Below, in pieces: positions 14,129 through 29,100 of a stretch of 64,000 bases of DNA. The stretch lies in assembly GCF_009914755.1 (NCBI RefSeq), contig NC_060939.1; one strand, written 5' to 3'. The position numbers and the translations under genes were made by a program. The notes beneath the pieces are model-generated. The model did not search any database. It was given only the letters and a program-made list of their open reading frames with translations, and was not told where the DNA came from. The DNA is from the human T2T-CHM13v2.0 reference genome, Homo sapiens. Position 1 is the stretch's first letter. Every line of letters begins with the position of its first letter.

Positions 14129-17100
14129 TTGAGTCCATTCAATTCCATTCCTTTCGTTTCCATTCCATTTGATGCCATTCCATTCAATTCTGTTCTACTC
14201 GACTCCAATACATTCAATTCCATTCCATCCGATTCCATTACATTCTTTTAATGCCTTATCCATTTCAAGCCATTCCACTCCATTCCACTCCACTCGTTTC
14301 CTTTCCATTCGAGTCCATTCCTCTCCAGTCCATTCCGTTCAATCCATTCCATTCCAGTCCATTCCATTCGAGTCCGTTCCATTCCAGTCCATTCCATTCG
14401 AGTCAATTCCATTCCATTCGATGTCTTTCCATAACGATCCATTCCATTCTATTCCTTTCGATTCCATTCCATTCTATTTCATTCCATTCGATTCCCTTCC
14501 ATTGGACTCCTTTCCATTCGAGTGCATTCCATTCCGTTCCATTTCTTCCCGTTCTGTACGATTCCTACCGTTCGATTTCATTTTGTTCCAGTCCATTCTT
14601 TCGCGTCCATTCCATTCCATTTCACTCCATTCGATTCCATTCCACTCGATTCCACTTCGTTCCATTTCATTGCATTCCATTCTATTCAACTCTATTGCCT
14701 TCCATTCCATTCCATTCGATTACATTCCATGCGATTCCATTCGAAATCGAATCAATTACATTGCAATCCATTACTATTGAGTCCGTTTTATTCCAGTCCA
14801 CTGCATTCTGGTCCATTCCATTTGATTCCATTCCATTCTATTCCATTCCATACAGTTGCATTCCATTGGATTCCATGCTATATCTATAAATTCAATTCGA
14901 GACCATTGCTTTTGAGTCCATTCTATATGATTCCATTCCATTCAAGTCCATTACATTTGGTTAAATTCCATTCCATTAGGGTCAATTCCATTCCATTCCA
15001 TTCCCTTCCATTCCATTCCAGTTCATATCAATCCATTCGATTCCATTCCATTCGAGCACATTCCATTCGAGTCCATTCCATTCGATGCCATTCCATTTGA
15101 TTCTATTCCATTAGTCTCCATTCAATTCCATTAATCTCCATTCCATTCCATTCTACTCCAACTGATTCCATTCCATTCTATTCCTTTCCATTCCATTTCA
15201 TTCCATTCCATTCCATTCCGTTCCATTCCATTCGTGTCCATTCCACTCCAGTCCATTCCATTCGTATCCATTCCATTCCAGTCCATTCCATTTGTGTCCA
15301 CTGCATTCCATTCCACTCCATTCCATATTATTCCATTACACTCCATTCCATTCTATTACTTTCATTTCCATTCAATTCCATTCCATTTGATTCCATTCCA
15401 CTCGGTTTCATTCCATTTGAGTCCACTCCATTCCATTCCATTCCATTCAGTTCCATTCCATTCTGTTCCATTCCATTCCGTTCCGTTACATTCCATTCCA
15501 TTCGGTACCATTCCATATTGTTCCATTCGATTCCATTCGAATCCATTCCATTCCAGTCCATTCCATTCGATTCCATTCCATTCATTTCAATTCCATTCCA
15601 TTCCATTCCATTACATTCCACTTGATTCCTCTCCATTCCCTTCCACTGCATTCCGTTCGATTCCATTCCATTGCATTGCATTCCATTCCATTGGATTGCA
15701 TTCCATTCGATTCCATTCCATTCGAATCAATTACATAGCAATCCATTACATTCGAGTCTATTCTATTCCGTTCCATTCGATTTCGTTCCAATCCATTCGA
15801 TTCCATTCCATTCGATTCCATTCCATACTATTGCATTCCATTCGATTACATTATATTCGAATAAGTTCCATTCAAGACCATTTCTTTTGAGTCCATTCTA
15901 TTTGAGTCCATTCCCTTTGATTCCATAACATTTGAGTCCATTCAATTCCATTCCTTTCGTTTCCATTCCATTTGATGCCATTCCATTCAATTCTGTTCTA
16001 CTCGACTCCAATACATTCAATTCCATTCCATCCGATTCCATTACATTCTTTTCATTTCTTATCTATTTCAAGCCATTCCACTCCATTCCACTCCACTCGT
16101 TTCCTTTCCATTCGAGTCCATTCCTCTCCAGTCCATTCCGTTCAATCCATTCCATTCCAGTCCATTCCATTCGAGTCCGTTCCATTCCAGTCCATTCCAT
16201 TCGAGTCAATTCCATTCCATTCGATGTCTTTCCATAACGATCCATTCCATTCTATTCCTTTCGATTCCATTCCATTCTATTTCATTCCATTCGATTCCCT
16301 TCCATTGGACTCCTTTCCATTCGAGTGCATTCCATTCCGTTCCATTTCTTCCCGTTCTGTACGATTCCTACCGTTCGATTTCATTTTGTTCCAGTCCATT
16401 CTTTCGCGTCCATTCCATTCCATTTCACTCCATTCGATTCCATTCCACTCGATTCCACTTCGTTCCATTTCATTGCATTCCATTCTATTCAACTCTATTG
16501 CCTTCCATTCCATTCCATTCGATTACATTCCATGCGATTCCATTCGAAATCGAATCAATTACATTGCAATCCATTACTATTGAGTCCGTTTTATTCCAGT
16601 CCACTGCATTCTGGTCCATTCCATTTGATTCCATTCCATTCTATTCCATTCCATACAGTTGCATTCCATTGGATTCCATGCTATATCTATAAATTCAATT
16701 CGAGACCATTGCTTTTGAGTCCATTCTATATGATTCCATTCCATTCAACTCCATTACATTTGGTTAAATTCCATTCCATTAGGGTCAATTCCATTCCATT
16801 CCATTCCCTTCCATTCCATTCCAGTTCATATCAATCCATTCGATTCCATTCCATTCGAGCACATTCCATTCGAGTCCATTCCATTCGATGCCATTCCATT
16901 TGATTCTATTCCATTAGTCTCCATTCAATTCCATTAATCTCCATTCCATTCCATTCTACTCCAACTGATTCCATTCCATTCTATTCCTTTCCATTCCATT
17001 TCATTCCATTCCATTCCATTCCGTTCCATTCCATTCGTGTCCATTCCACTCCAGTCCATTCCATTCGTATCCATTCCATTCCAGTCCATTCCATTTGTGT

Positions 17101-20100
17101 CCACTGCATTCCATTCCACTCCATTCCATATTATTCCATTACACTCCATTCCATTCTATTACTTTCATTTCCATTCAATTCCATTCCATTTGATTCCATT
17201 CCACTCGGTTTCATTCCATTTGAGTCCACTCCATTCCATTCCATTCCATTCAGTTCCATTCCATTCTGTTCCATTCCATTCCGTTCCATTACATTCCATT
17301 CCATTCGGTACCATTCCATATTGTTCCATTCGATTCCATTCGAATCCATTCCATTCCAGTCCATTCCATTCGATTCCATTCCATTCATTTCAATTCCATT
17401 CCATTCCATTCCATTACATTCCACTTGATTCCTCTCCATTCCCTTCCACTGCATTCCGTTCGATTCCATTCCATTGCATTGCATTCCATTCCATTGGATT
17501 GCATTCCATTCGATTCCATTCCATTCGAATCAATTACATAGCAATCCATTACATTCGAGTCTATTCTATTCCGTTCCATTCGATTTCGTTCCAATCCATT
17601 CGATTCCATTCCATTCGATTCCATTCCATACTATTGCATTCCATTCGATTACATTATATTCGAATAAGTTCCATTCAAGACCATTTCTTTTGAGTCCATT
17701 CTATTTGAGTCCATTCCCTTTGATTCCATAACATTTGAGTCCATTCAATTCCATTCCTTTCGTTTCCATTCCATTTGATGCCATTCCATTCAATTCTGTT
17801 CTACTCGACTCCAATACATTCAATTCCATTCCATCCGATTCCATTACATTCTTTTCATTTCTTATCCATTTCAAGCCATTCCACTCCATTCCATTCCACT
17901 CGTTTCCTTTCCATTCGAGTCCATTCCTCTCCAGTCCATTCCGTTCAATCCATTCCATTCCAGTCCATTCCATTCGAGTCCGTTCCATTCCAGTCCATTC
18001 CATTCGAGTCAATTCCATCCCATTCGATGTCTTTCCATAACGATCCATTCCATTCTATTCCTTTCGATTCCATTCCATTCTATTTCATTCCATTCGATTC
18101 CCTTCCATTGGACTCCTTTCCATTCGAGTGCATTCCATTCCGTTCCATTTCTTTCCGTTCTGTACGATTCCTACCGTTCGATTTCATTTTGTTCCAGTCC
18201 ATTCTTTCGCGTCCATTCATTCCATTTCACTCCATTCGATTCCATTCCACTCGATTCCACTTCGTTCCATTTCATTGCATTCCATTCTATTCAACTCTAT
18301 TGCCTTCCATTCCATTCCATTCGATTACATTCCATGCGATTCCATTCGAAATCGAATCAATTACATTGCAATCCATTACTATTGAGTCCGTTTTATTCCA
18401 GTCCACTGCATTCTGGTCCATTCCATTTGATTCCATTCCATTCTATTCCATTCCATACAGTTGCATTCCATTGGATTCCATTCTATATCTATAAATTCAA
18501 TTCGAGACCATTGCTTTTGAGTCCATTCTATATGATTCCATTCCATTCAAGTCCATTACATTTGGTTCAATTCCATTCCATTCCATTCCTTTCCATTCCA
18601 TTCCATTTGATATCAATCCATTCGATTCCATTCCATTCGAGCACATTCCATTCGAGTCCATTCCATTCGATGCCATTCCATTTGATTCTATTCCATTAGT
18701 CTCCATTCAATTCCATTAATCTCCATTCCATTCCATTCTACACCAACTGATTCCATTCCATTCTATTCCTTTCCATTCCATTTCATTCCATTCCATTCCA
18801 TTCCATTCCATTCCATTCGTGTCTATTCCACTCCAGTCCATTCCATTCGTGTCCATTCCGTTCCAGTCCATTCCATTTGTATCCACTGCATTCCATTCCA
18901 CTCCATTCCATATTATTCCATTACACTCCATTCCATTCTATTACTTTCATTTCCATTCAATTCCATTCCATTTGATTCCATTCCACTCGGTTTCATTCCA
19001 TTTGAGTCCACTCCATTCCATTCCATTCCATTCCATTCAGTTCCATTCCATTCTGTTCCATTCCATTCCGTTCCATTACATTCCATTCCATTCGGTACCA
19101 TTCCATATTGTTCCATTCGATTCCATTCGAATCCATTCCATTCCAGTCCATTCCATTCGATTCCATTCCATTCATTTCAATTCCATTCCATTCCATTACA
19201 TTACATTCCACTTGATTCCTCTCCATTCCCTTCCACTGCATTCCGTTCGATTCCATTCCATTGCATTGCATTCCATTCCATTGGATTGCATTCCATTCGA
19301 TTCCATTCCATTCGAATCAATTACATAGCAATCCATTACATTCGAGTCTATTCTATTCCGTTCCATTCGATTTCGTTCCAATCCATTCGATTCCATTCCA
19401 TTCGGTTCCATTCCATACTATTGCATTCCATTCGATTACATTATATTCGAATAAGTTCCATTCAAGACCATTTCTTTTGAGTCCATTCTATTTGAGTCCA
19501 TTCCCTTTGATTCCATAACATTTGAGTCCATTCAATTCCATTCCTTTCGTTTCCATTCCATTTGATGCCATTCCATTCAATTCTGTTCTACTCGACTCCA
19601 ATACATTGAATTCCATTCCATCCGATTCCATTACATTCTTTTCATTTCTTATCCATTTCAAGCCATTCCACTCCATTCCATTCCACTCGTTTCCTTTCCA
19701 TTCGAGTCCATTCCGTTCAATCCATTCCATTCCATTCCATTCCATTCGAGTCCGTTCCATTCCAGTCCATTCCATTCGAGTCAACTCCATCCCATTCGAT
19801 GTCTTTCCATAACGATCCATTCCATTCTATTCCTTTCAATTCCATTTCATTCTATTTCATTCCATTCGATTCCCTTCCATTGGACTCCTTTCCATTCGAG
19901 TGCATTCCATTCCGTTCCATTTCTTTCCGTTCTGTACGATTCCTACCGTTCGATTTCATTTTGTTCCAGTCCATTCCTTTCGCGTCCATTCCATTCCATT
20001 TGACTCCATTCGATTCCATTCCACTCGATTCCACTTCGTTCCATTTCATTGCATTCCATTCTATTCAACTCTATTGCCTTCCATTCCATTCCATTCGATT

Positions 20101-23100
20101 ACATTCCATGTGATTCCATTCGAAATCGAATCAATTACATTGCAATCCATTACAATTGAGTCCGTTTTATTCCAGTCCACTGCATTCTGGTCCATTCCAT
20201 TTGATTCCATTCCATTCTATTCCATTCCATACAGTTGCATTCCTTTGGATTCCATGCTATATCTATAAATTCAATTCGAGACCATTGCTTTTGAGTCCAT
20301 TCTATATGATTCCATTCCATTTAAGTCCATTACATTTGGTTCAATTCCATTCCATTCCATTCCCTTCCATTCCATTCCAGTTGATATCAATCCATTCGAT
20401 TCCATTCCATTCGAGCACATTCCATTTGAGTCCATTCCATTCGATGCCATTCCATTTGATTCTATTCCATTAGTCTCCATTCAATTCCATTAATCTCCAT
20501 TCCATTCCATTCTACTCCAACTGATTCCATTCCATTCTATTCCTTTCCATTCCATTTCATTCCATTCCATTCCATTTCATTCCATTCCATTCCATTCGCT
20601 TCCATTCCATTCGTGTCCATTCCACTCCAGTCCATTCCATTCGTGTCCATTCCATTCCAGTCCATTCCATTTGTGTCCACTGCATTCCATTCCACTCCAT
20701 TCCATATTATTCCATTACACTCCATTCCATTCTATTACTTTCATTTCCAATCAATTCCATGCCATTTGATTCCATTCCACTCGGTTTCATTCCATTTGAG
20801 TCCACTCCATTCCATTCCATTCCATTCAGTTCCATTCCATTCTGTTCCATTCCATTCCTTTCCATTGCATTCCATTCCATTCGGTACCATTCCATATTGT
20901 TCCATTCGATTCCATTCGAATCCATTCCATTCCAGTCCATTCCATTCGATTCCATTCCATTCCTTTCAATTCCATTCCATTCCATTCCATTCCACTTGAT
21001 TCCACTCCATTCCCTTCCACTGCATTCCATTCGATTCCATTCCATTGCATTGCATTCCATTCCATTGGACTGCATTCCATTCGATTCCATTCCATTCGAA
21101 TCAATTACATAGCAATCCATTACATTCGAGTCTATTCTATTCCGTTCCATTCGATTTCGTTCCAATCCATTCGATTCCATTCCATTCGATTCCATTCCAT
21201 ACTATTGCATTCCATTCGATTACATTATATTCGAATAAGTTCCATTCAAGACCATTTCTTTTGAGTCCATTCTATTTGAGTCCATTCCCTTTGATTCCAT
21301 AACATTTGAGTCCATTCAATTCCATTCCTTTCGTTTCCATTCCATTTGATGCCATTCCATTCAATTCTGTTCTACTCGACTCCAATACATTCAATTCCAT
21401 TCCATCCGATTCCATTACATTCTTTTCATTTCTTATCCATTTCAAGCCATTCCACTCCATTCCATTCCACTCGTTTCCTTTCCATTCGAGTCAATTCCTC
21501 TCCAGTCCATTCCGTTCAATCCATTCCATTCCAGTCCATTCCATTCGAGTCCGTTCCATTCCAGTCCACTCCATTCGAGTCAATTCCATTCCATTCGATG
21601 TCTTTCCATAACGATCCATTCCATTCTATTCCTTTCGATTCCATTCCATTCTATTTCATTCCATTCGATTCCCTTCCATTGGACTCCTTTCCATTCGAGT
21701 GCATTCCATTCCGTTCCATTTCTTTCCGTTCTGTACGATTCCTACCGTTCGATTTCATTTTGTTCCAGTCCATTCCTTTCGCGTCCATTCCATTCCATTT
21801 CACTCCATTCGATTCCATTCCACTCGATTCCACTTCGTTCCATTTCATTGCATTCCATTCTATTCAACTCTATTGCCTTCCATTCCATTCCATTCGATTA
21901 CATTCCATGCGATTCCATTCGAAATCGAATCAATTACATTGCAATCCATTACTATTGAGTCCGTTTTATTCCAGTCCACTGCATTCTGGTCCATTCCATT
22001 TGATTCCATTCCATTCTATTCCATTCCATACAGTTGCATTCCATTGGATTCCATGCTATATCTATAAATTCAATTCGAGACCATTGCTTTTGAGTCCATT
22101 CTATATGATTCCATTCCATTCAAGTCCATTACATTTGGTTCAATTCCATTCCATTCCATTCCTTTCCATTCCATTCCATTTGATATCAATCCATTCGATT
22201 CCATTCCATTCGAGCACATTCCATTCGAGTCCATTCCATTCGATGCCATTCCATTTGATTCTATTCCATTAGTCTCCATTCAATTCCATTAATCTCCATT
22301 CCATTCCATTCTACACCAACTGATTCCATTCCATTCTATTCCTTTCCATTCCATTTCATTCCATTCCATTCCATTCCATTCCATTCCATTCCATTCCATT
22401 CGTGTCCATTCCACTCCAATCCATTCCATTCGTGTCCATTCCGTTCCAGTCCATTCCATTTGTGTCCACTGCATTCCATTCCACTCCATTCCATATTATT
22501 CCATTACACTCCATTCCATTCTATTACTTTCATTTCCATTCAATTCCATTCCATTTGATTCCATTCCACTCGGTTTCATTCCATTTGAGTCCACTCCATT
22601 CCATTCCATTCCATTCCATTCAGTTCCATTCCATTCTGTTCCATTCCATTCCGTTCCATTACATTCCATTCCATTCGGTACCATTCCATATTGTTCCATT
22701 CGATTCCATTCGAATCCATTCCATTCCAGTCCATTCCATTCGATTCCATTCCATTCATTTCAATTCCATTCCATTCCATTACATTACATTCCACTTGATT
22801 CCTCTCCATTCCCTTCCACTGCATTCCGTTCGATTCCATTCCATTGCATTGCATTCCATTCCATTGGATTGCATTCCATTCGATTCCATTCCATTCGAAT
22901 CAATTACATAGCAATCCATTACATTCGAGTCTATTCTATTCCGTTCCATTCGATTTCGTTCCAATCCATTCGATTCCATTCCATTCGGTTCCATTCCATA
23001 CTATTGCATTCCATTCGATTACATTATATTCGAATAAGTTCCATTCAAGACCATTTCTTTTGAGTCCATTCTATTTGAGTCCATTCCCTTTGATTCCATA

Positions 23101-26100
23101 ACATTTGAGTCCATTCAATTCCATTCCTTTCGTTTCCATTCCATTTGATGCCATTCCATTCAATTCTGTTCTACTCGACTCCAATACATTGAATTCCATT
23201 CCATCCGATTCCATTACATTCTTTTCATTTCTTATCCATTTCAAGCCATTCCACTCCATTCCATTCCACTCGTTTCCTTTCCATTCGAGTCCATTCCTCT
23301 CCAGTCCATTCCATTCCATTCCATTCCATTCGAGTCCGTTCCATTCCAGTCCATTCCATTCGAGTCAACTCCATCCCATTCGATGTCTTTCCATAACGAT
23401 CCATTCCATTCTATTCCTTTCAATTCCATTTCATTCTATTTCATTCCATTCGATTCCCTTCCATTGGACTCCTTTCCATTCGAGTGCATTCCATTCCGTT
23501 CCATTTCTTTCCGTTCTGTACGATTCCTACCGTTCGATTTCATTTTGTTCCAGTCCATTCCTTTCGCGTCCATTCCATTCCATTTGACTCCATTCGATTC
23601 CATTCCACTCGATTCCACTTCGTTCCATTTCATTGCATTCCATTCTATTCAACTCTATTGCCTTCCATTCCATTCCATTCGATTACATTCCATGTGATTC
23701 CATTCGAAATCGAATCAATTACATTGCAATCCATTACAATTGAGTCCGTTTTATTCCAGTCCACTGCATTCTGGTCCATTCCATTTGATTCCATTCCATT
23801 CTATTCCATTCCATACAGTTGCATTCCTTTGGATTCCATGCTATATCTATAAATTCAATTCGAGACCATTGCTTTTGAGTCCATTCTATATGATTCCATT
23901 CCATTTAAGTCCATTACATTTGGTTCAATTCCATTCCATTCCATTCCCTTCCATTCCATTCCAGTTGATATCAATCCATTCGATTCCATTCCATTCGAGC
24001 ACATTCCATTTGAGTCCATTCCATTCGATGCCATTCCATTTGATTCTATTCCATTAGTCTCCATTCAATTCCATTAATCTCCATTCCATTCCATTCTACT
24101 CCAACTGATTCCATTCCATTCTATTCCTTTCCATTCCATTTCATTCCATTCCATTCCATTTCATTCCATTCCATTCCATTCGCTTCCATTCCATTCGTGT
24201 CCATTCCACTCCAGTCCATTCCATTCGTGTCCATTCCATTCCAGTCCATTCCATTTGTGTCCACTGCATTCCATTCCACTCCATTCCATATTATTCCATT
24301 ACACTCCATTCCATTCTATTACTTTCATTTCCAATCAATTCCATTCCATTTGATTCCATTCCACTCGGTTTCATTCCATTTGAGTCCACTCCATTCCATT
24401 CCATTCCATTCCATTCAGTTCCATTCCATTCTGTTCCATTCCATTCCGTTCCATTGCATTCCATTCCATTCGGTACCATTCCATATTGTTCCATTCGATT
24501 CCATTAGAATCCATTCCATTCCAGTCCATTCCATTCGATTCCATTCCATTCCTTTCAATTCCATTCCATTCCATTCCATTCCACTTGATTCCACTCCATT
24601 CCCTTCCACTGCATTCCATTCGATTCCATTCCATTGCATTGCATTCCATTCCATTGGACTGCATTCCATTCGATTCCATTCCATTCGAATCAATTACATA
24701 GCAATCCATTACATTCGAGTCTATTCTATTCCGTTCCATTCGATTTCGTTCCAATCCATTCGATTCCATTCCATTCGATTCCATTCCATACTATTGCATT
24801 ACATTCGATTACATTATATTCGAATAAGTTGCATTCAAGACCATTTCTTTTGAGTCCATTCTATTTGAGTCCATTCCCTTTGATTCCATAACATTTGAGT
24901 CCATTCAATTCCATTCCTTTCGTTTCCATTCCATTTGATGCCATTCCATTCAATTCTGTTCTACTCGACTCCAATACATTCAATTCCATTCCATCCGATT
25001 CCATTACATTCTTTTCATTTCTTATCCATTTCAAGCCATTCCACTCCATTCCATTCCACTCGTTTCCTTTCCATTCGAGTCAATTCCTCTCCAGTCCATT
25101 CCGTTCAATCCATTCCATTCCAGTCCATTCCATTCGAGTCCGTTCCATTCCAGTCCACTCCATTCGAGTCAATTCCATTCCATTCGATGTCTTTCCATAA
25201 CGATCCATTCCATTCTATTCCTTTCGATTCCATTCCATTCTATTTCATTCCATTCGATTCCCTTCCATTGGACTCCTTTCCATTCGAGTGCATTCCATTC
25301 CGTTCCATTTCTTTCCGTTCTGTACGATTCCTACCGTTCGATTTCATTTTGTTCCAGTCCATTCCTTTCGCGTCCATTCCATTCCATTTCACTCCATTCG
25401 ATTCCATTCCACTCGATTCCACTTCGTTCCATTTCATTGCATTCCATTCTATTCAACTCTATTGCCTTCCATTCCATTCCATTCGATTACATTCCATGCG
25501 ATTCCATTCGAAATCGAATCAATTACATTGCAATCCATTACTATTGAGTCCGTTTTATTCCAGTCCACTGCATTCTGGTCCATTCCATTTGATTCCATTC
25601 CATTCTATTCCATTCCATACAGTTGCATTCCATTGGATTCCATGCTATATCTATAAATTCAATTCGAGACCATTGCTTTTGAGTCCATTCTATATGATTC
25701 CATTCCATTCAAGTCCATTACATTTGGTTCAATTCCATTCCATTCCATTCCCTTCCATTCCATTCCAGTTGATATCAATCCATTCGATTCCATTCCATTC
25801 GAGCACATTCCATTCGAGTCCATTCCATTCGATGCCATTCCATTTGATTCTATTCCATTAGTCTCCATTCAATTCCATTAATCTCCATTCCATTCCATTC
25901 TACTCCAACTGATTCCATTCCATTCTATTCCTTTCCATTCCATTTCATTCCATTCCATTCCATTTCATTCCATTCCATTCCATTCGTGTCCATTCCACTC
26001 CAGTCCATTCCATTCGTGTCCATTCCATTCCAGTCCATTCCATTTGTGTCCACTGCATTCCATTCCACTCCATTCCATATTATTCCATTATACTCCATTC

Positions 26101-29100
26101 CATTCTATTACTTTCATTTCCATTCAATTCCATTCCATTTGATTCCATTCCACTCGGTTTCATTCCATTTGAGTCCACTCCATTCCATTCCATTCCATTC
26201 CATTCCATTCAGTTCCATTCCATTCTGTTCCATTCCATTCCGTTCCATTACATTCCATTCCATTCGGTACCATTCCATATTGTTCCATTCGATTCCATTC
26301 GAATCCATTCCATTCCAGTCCATTCCATTCGATTCCATTCCATTCATTTCAATTCCATTCCATTCCATTCCATTACATTCCACTTGATTCCTCTCCATTC
26401 CCTTCCACTGCATTCCGTTCGATTCCATTCCATTGCATTGCATTCCATTCCATTGGATTGCATTCCATTCGATTCCATTCCCTTCGAATCAATTACATAG
26501 CAATCCATTACATTCGAGTCTATTCTATTCCGTTCCATTCGATTTCGTTCCAATCCATTCGATTCCATTCCATTCGACTCCATTCCATACTATTGCATTC
26601 CATTCTATTACATTATATTCGAATAAGTTCCATTCAAGACCATTTCTTTTGAGTCCATTCTATTTGAGTCCATTCCCTTTGATTCCATAACATTTGAGTC
26701 CATTCAATTCCATTCCTTTCGTTCCCATTCCATTTGATGCCATTCCATTCAATTCTGTTCTACTCGACTCCAATACATTCAATTCCATTCCATCTGATTC
26801 CATTCCATTCTTTTCATTTCTTATCCATTTCAAGCCATTCCACTCCATTCCATTCCACTCGTTTCCTTTCCATTCGAGTCCATTCCTCTCCAGTCCATTC
26901 CGTTCAATCCATTCCATTCCAGTCCATTCCATTCGAGTCCGTTCCATTCCAGTCCACTCCATTCGAGTCAATTCCATCCCATTCGATGTCTTTCCATAAC
27001 GATCCATTCCATTCTATTCCTTTCGATTCCATTCCATTCTATTTCATTCCATTCGATTCCCTTCCATTGGACTCCTTTCCATTCGAGTGCATTCCATTCC
27101 GTTCCATTTCTTACCGTTCTGTACGATTCCTACCGTTCGATTTCATTTTGTTCCAGTCCATTCCTTTCGCGACTATTCCATTCCATTTCACTCCATTCGA
27201 TTCCATTCCACTCGATTCCACTTCGTTCCATTTCATTGCATTCCATTCTATTCAACTCTATTGCCTTCCATTCCATTCCATTCGATTACATTCCATGCGA
27301 TTCCATTCGAAATCGAATCAATTACATTGCAATCCATTACTATTGAGTCCATTTTATTCCAGTCCACTGCATTCTGGTCCATTCCATTTGATTCCATTCC
27401 ATTCTATTCCATTCCATACAGTTGCATTCCATTGGATTCCATTCTATATCTATAAATTCAATTCTAGACCATTGCTTTTGAATCCATTCTATATGATTCC
27501 ATTCCATTCAAGTCCATTACATTTGGTTCAATTCCATTCCATTCCATTCCCTTCCATTCCATTCCAGTTGATATCAATCCATTCGATTCCATTCCATTCG
27601 AGCACATTCCATTTGAGTCCATTCCATTCGATGCCATTCCATTTGATTCTATTCCATTAGTCTCCATTCAATTCCATTAATCTCCATTCCATTCCATTCT
27701 ACTCCAACTGATTCCATTCCATTCTATTCCTTTGCATTCCATTTCATTCCATTCCATTCCATTTCATTCCATTCCATTCCATTTCATTCCATTCCATTCC
27801 ATTCCATTCCATTCGCTTCCATTCCATTCGTCTCCATTCCATTCCTGTCCATTCCATTTGTGTCCACTGCATTCCATTCCACTCCATTCCATATTATTCC
27901 ATTACACTCCATTCCATTCTATTACTTTCATTTCCATTCAATTCCATTCCATTTGATTCCATTCCACTCGGTTTCATTCCATTTGAGTCCACTCCATTCC
28001 ATTCCATTCCATTCCATTCAGTTCCATTCCATTCTGTTCCATTCCATTCCGTTCCATTGCATTCCATTCCATTCGGTACCATTCCATATTGTTCCATTCG
28101 ATTCCATTCGAATCCATTCCATTCCAGTCCATTCCATTCGATTCCATTCCATTCCTTTCAATTCCATTCCATTCCATTCCATTCCACTTGATTCCACTCC
28201 ATTCCCTTCCACTGCATTCCATTCGATTCCATTCCATTGCATTGCATTCCATTCCATTGGACTGCATTCCATTCGATTCCATTCCATTCGAATCAATTAC
28301 ATAGCAATCCATTACATTCGAGTCTATTCTATTCCGTTCCATTCGATTTCGTTCCAATCCATTCGATTCCATTCCATTCGATTCCATTCCATACTATTGC
28401 ATTCCATTCTATTACATTATATTCGAATAAGTTCCATTCAAGACCATTTCTTTTGAGTCCATTCTATTTGAGTCCATTCCCTTTGATTCCATAACATTTG
28501 AGTCCATTCAATTCCATTCCTTTCGTTTCCATTCCATTTGATGCCATTCCATTCAATTCTGTTCTACTCGACTCCAATACATTCAGTTCCATTCCATCCG
28601 ATTCCATTACATTCTTTTCATTTCTTATCCATTTCAAGCCATTCCACTCCATTCCATTCCACTCGTTTCCTTTCCATTCGAGTCCATTCCTCTCCAGTCC
28701 ATTCCGTTCAATCCATTCCATTCCAGTCCATTCCATTCGAGTCCGTTCCATTCCAGTCCATTCCATTCGAGTCAATTCCATTCCATTCGATGTCTTTCCA
28801 TAACGATCCATTCCATTCTATTCCTTTCGATTCCATTCCATTCTATTTCATTCCATTCGATTCCCTTCCATTGGACTCCTTTCCATTCGAGTGCATTCCA
28901 TTCCGTTCCATATCTTTCCGTTCTGTACGATTCCTACCGTTCGATTTCATTTTGTTCCAGTCCATTCCTTTCGCGTCCATTCCATTCCATTTCACTCCAT
29001 TCGATTCCATTCCACTCGATTCCACTTCGTTCCATTTCATTGCATTCCATTCTATTCAACTCTATTGCCTTCCATTCCATTCCATTCGATTACATTCCAT

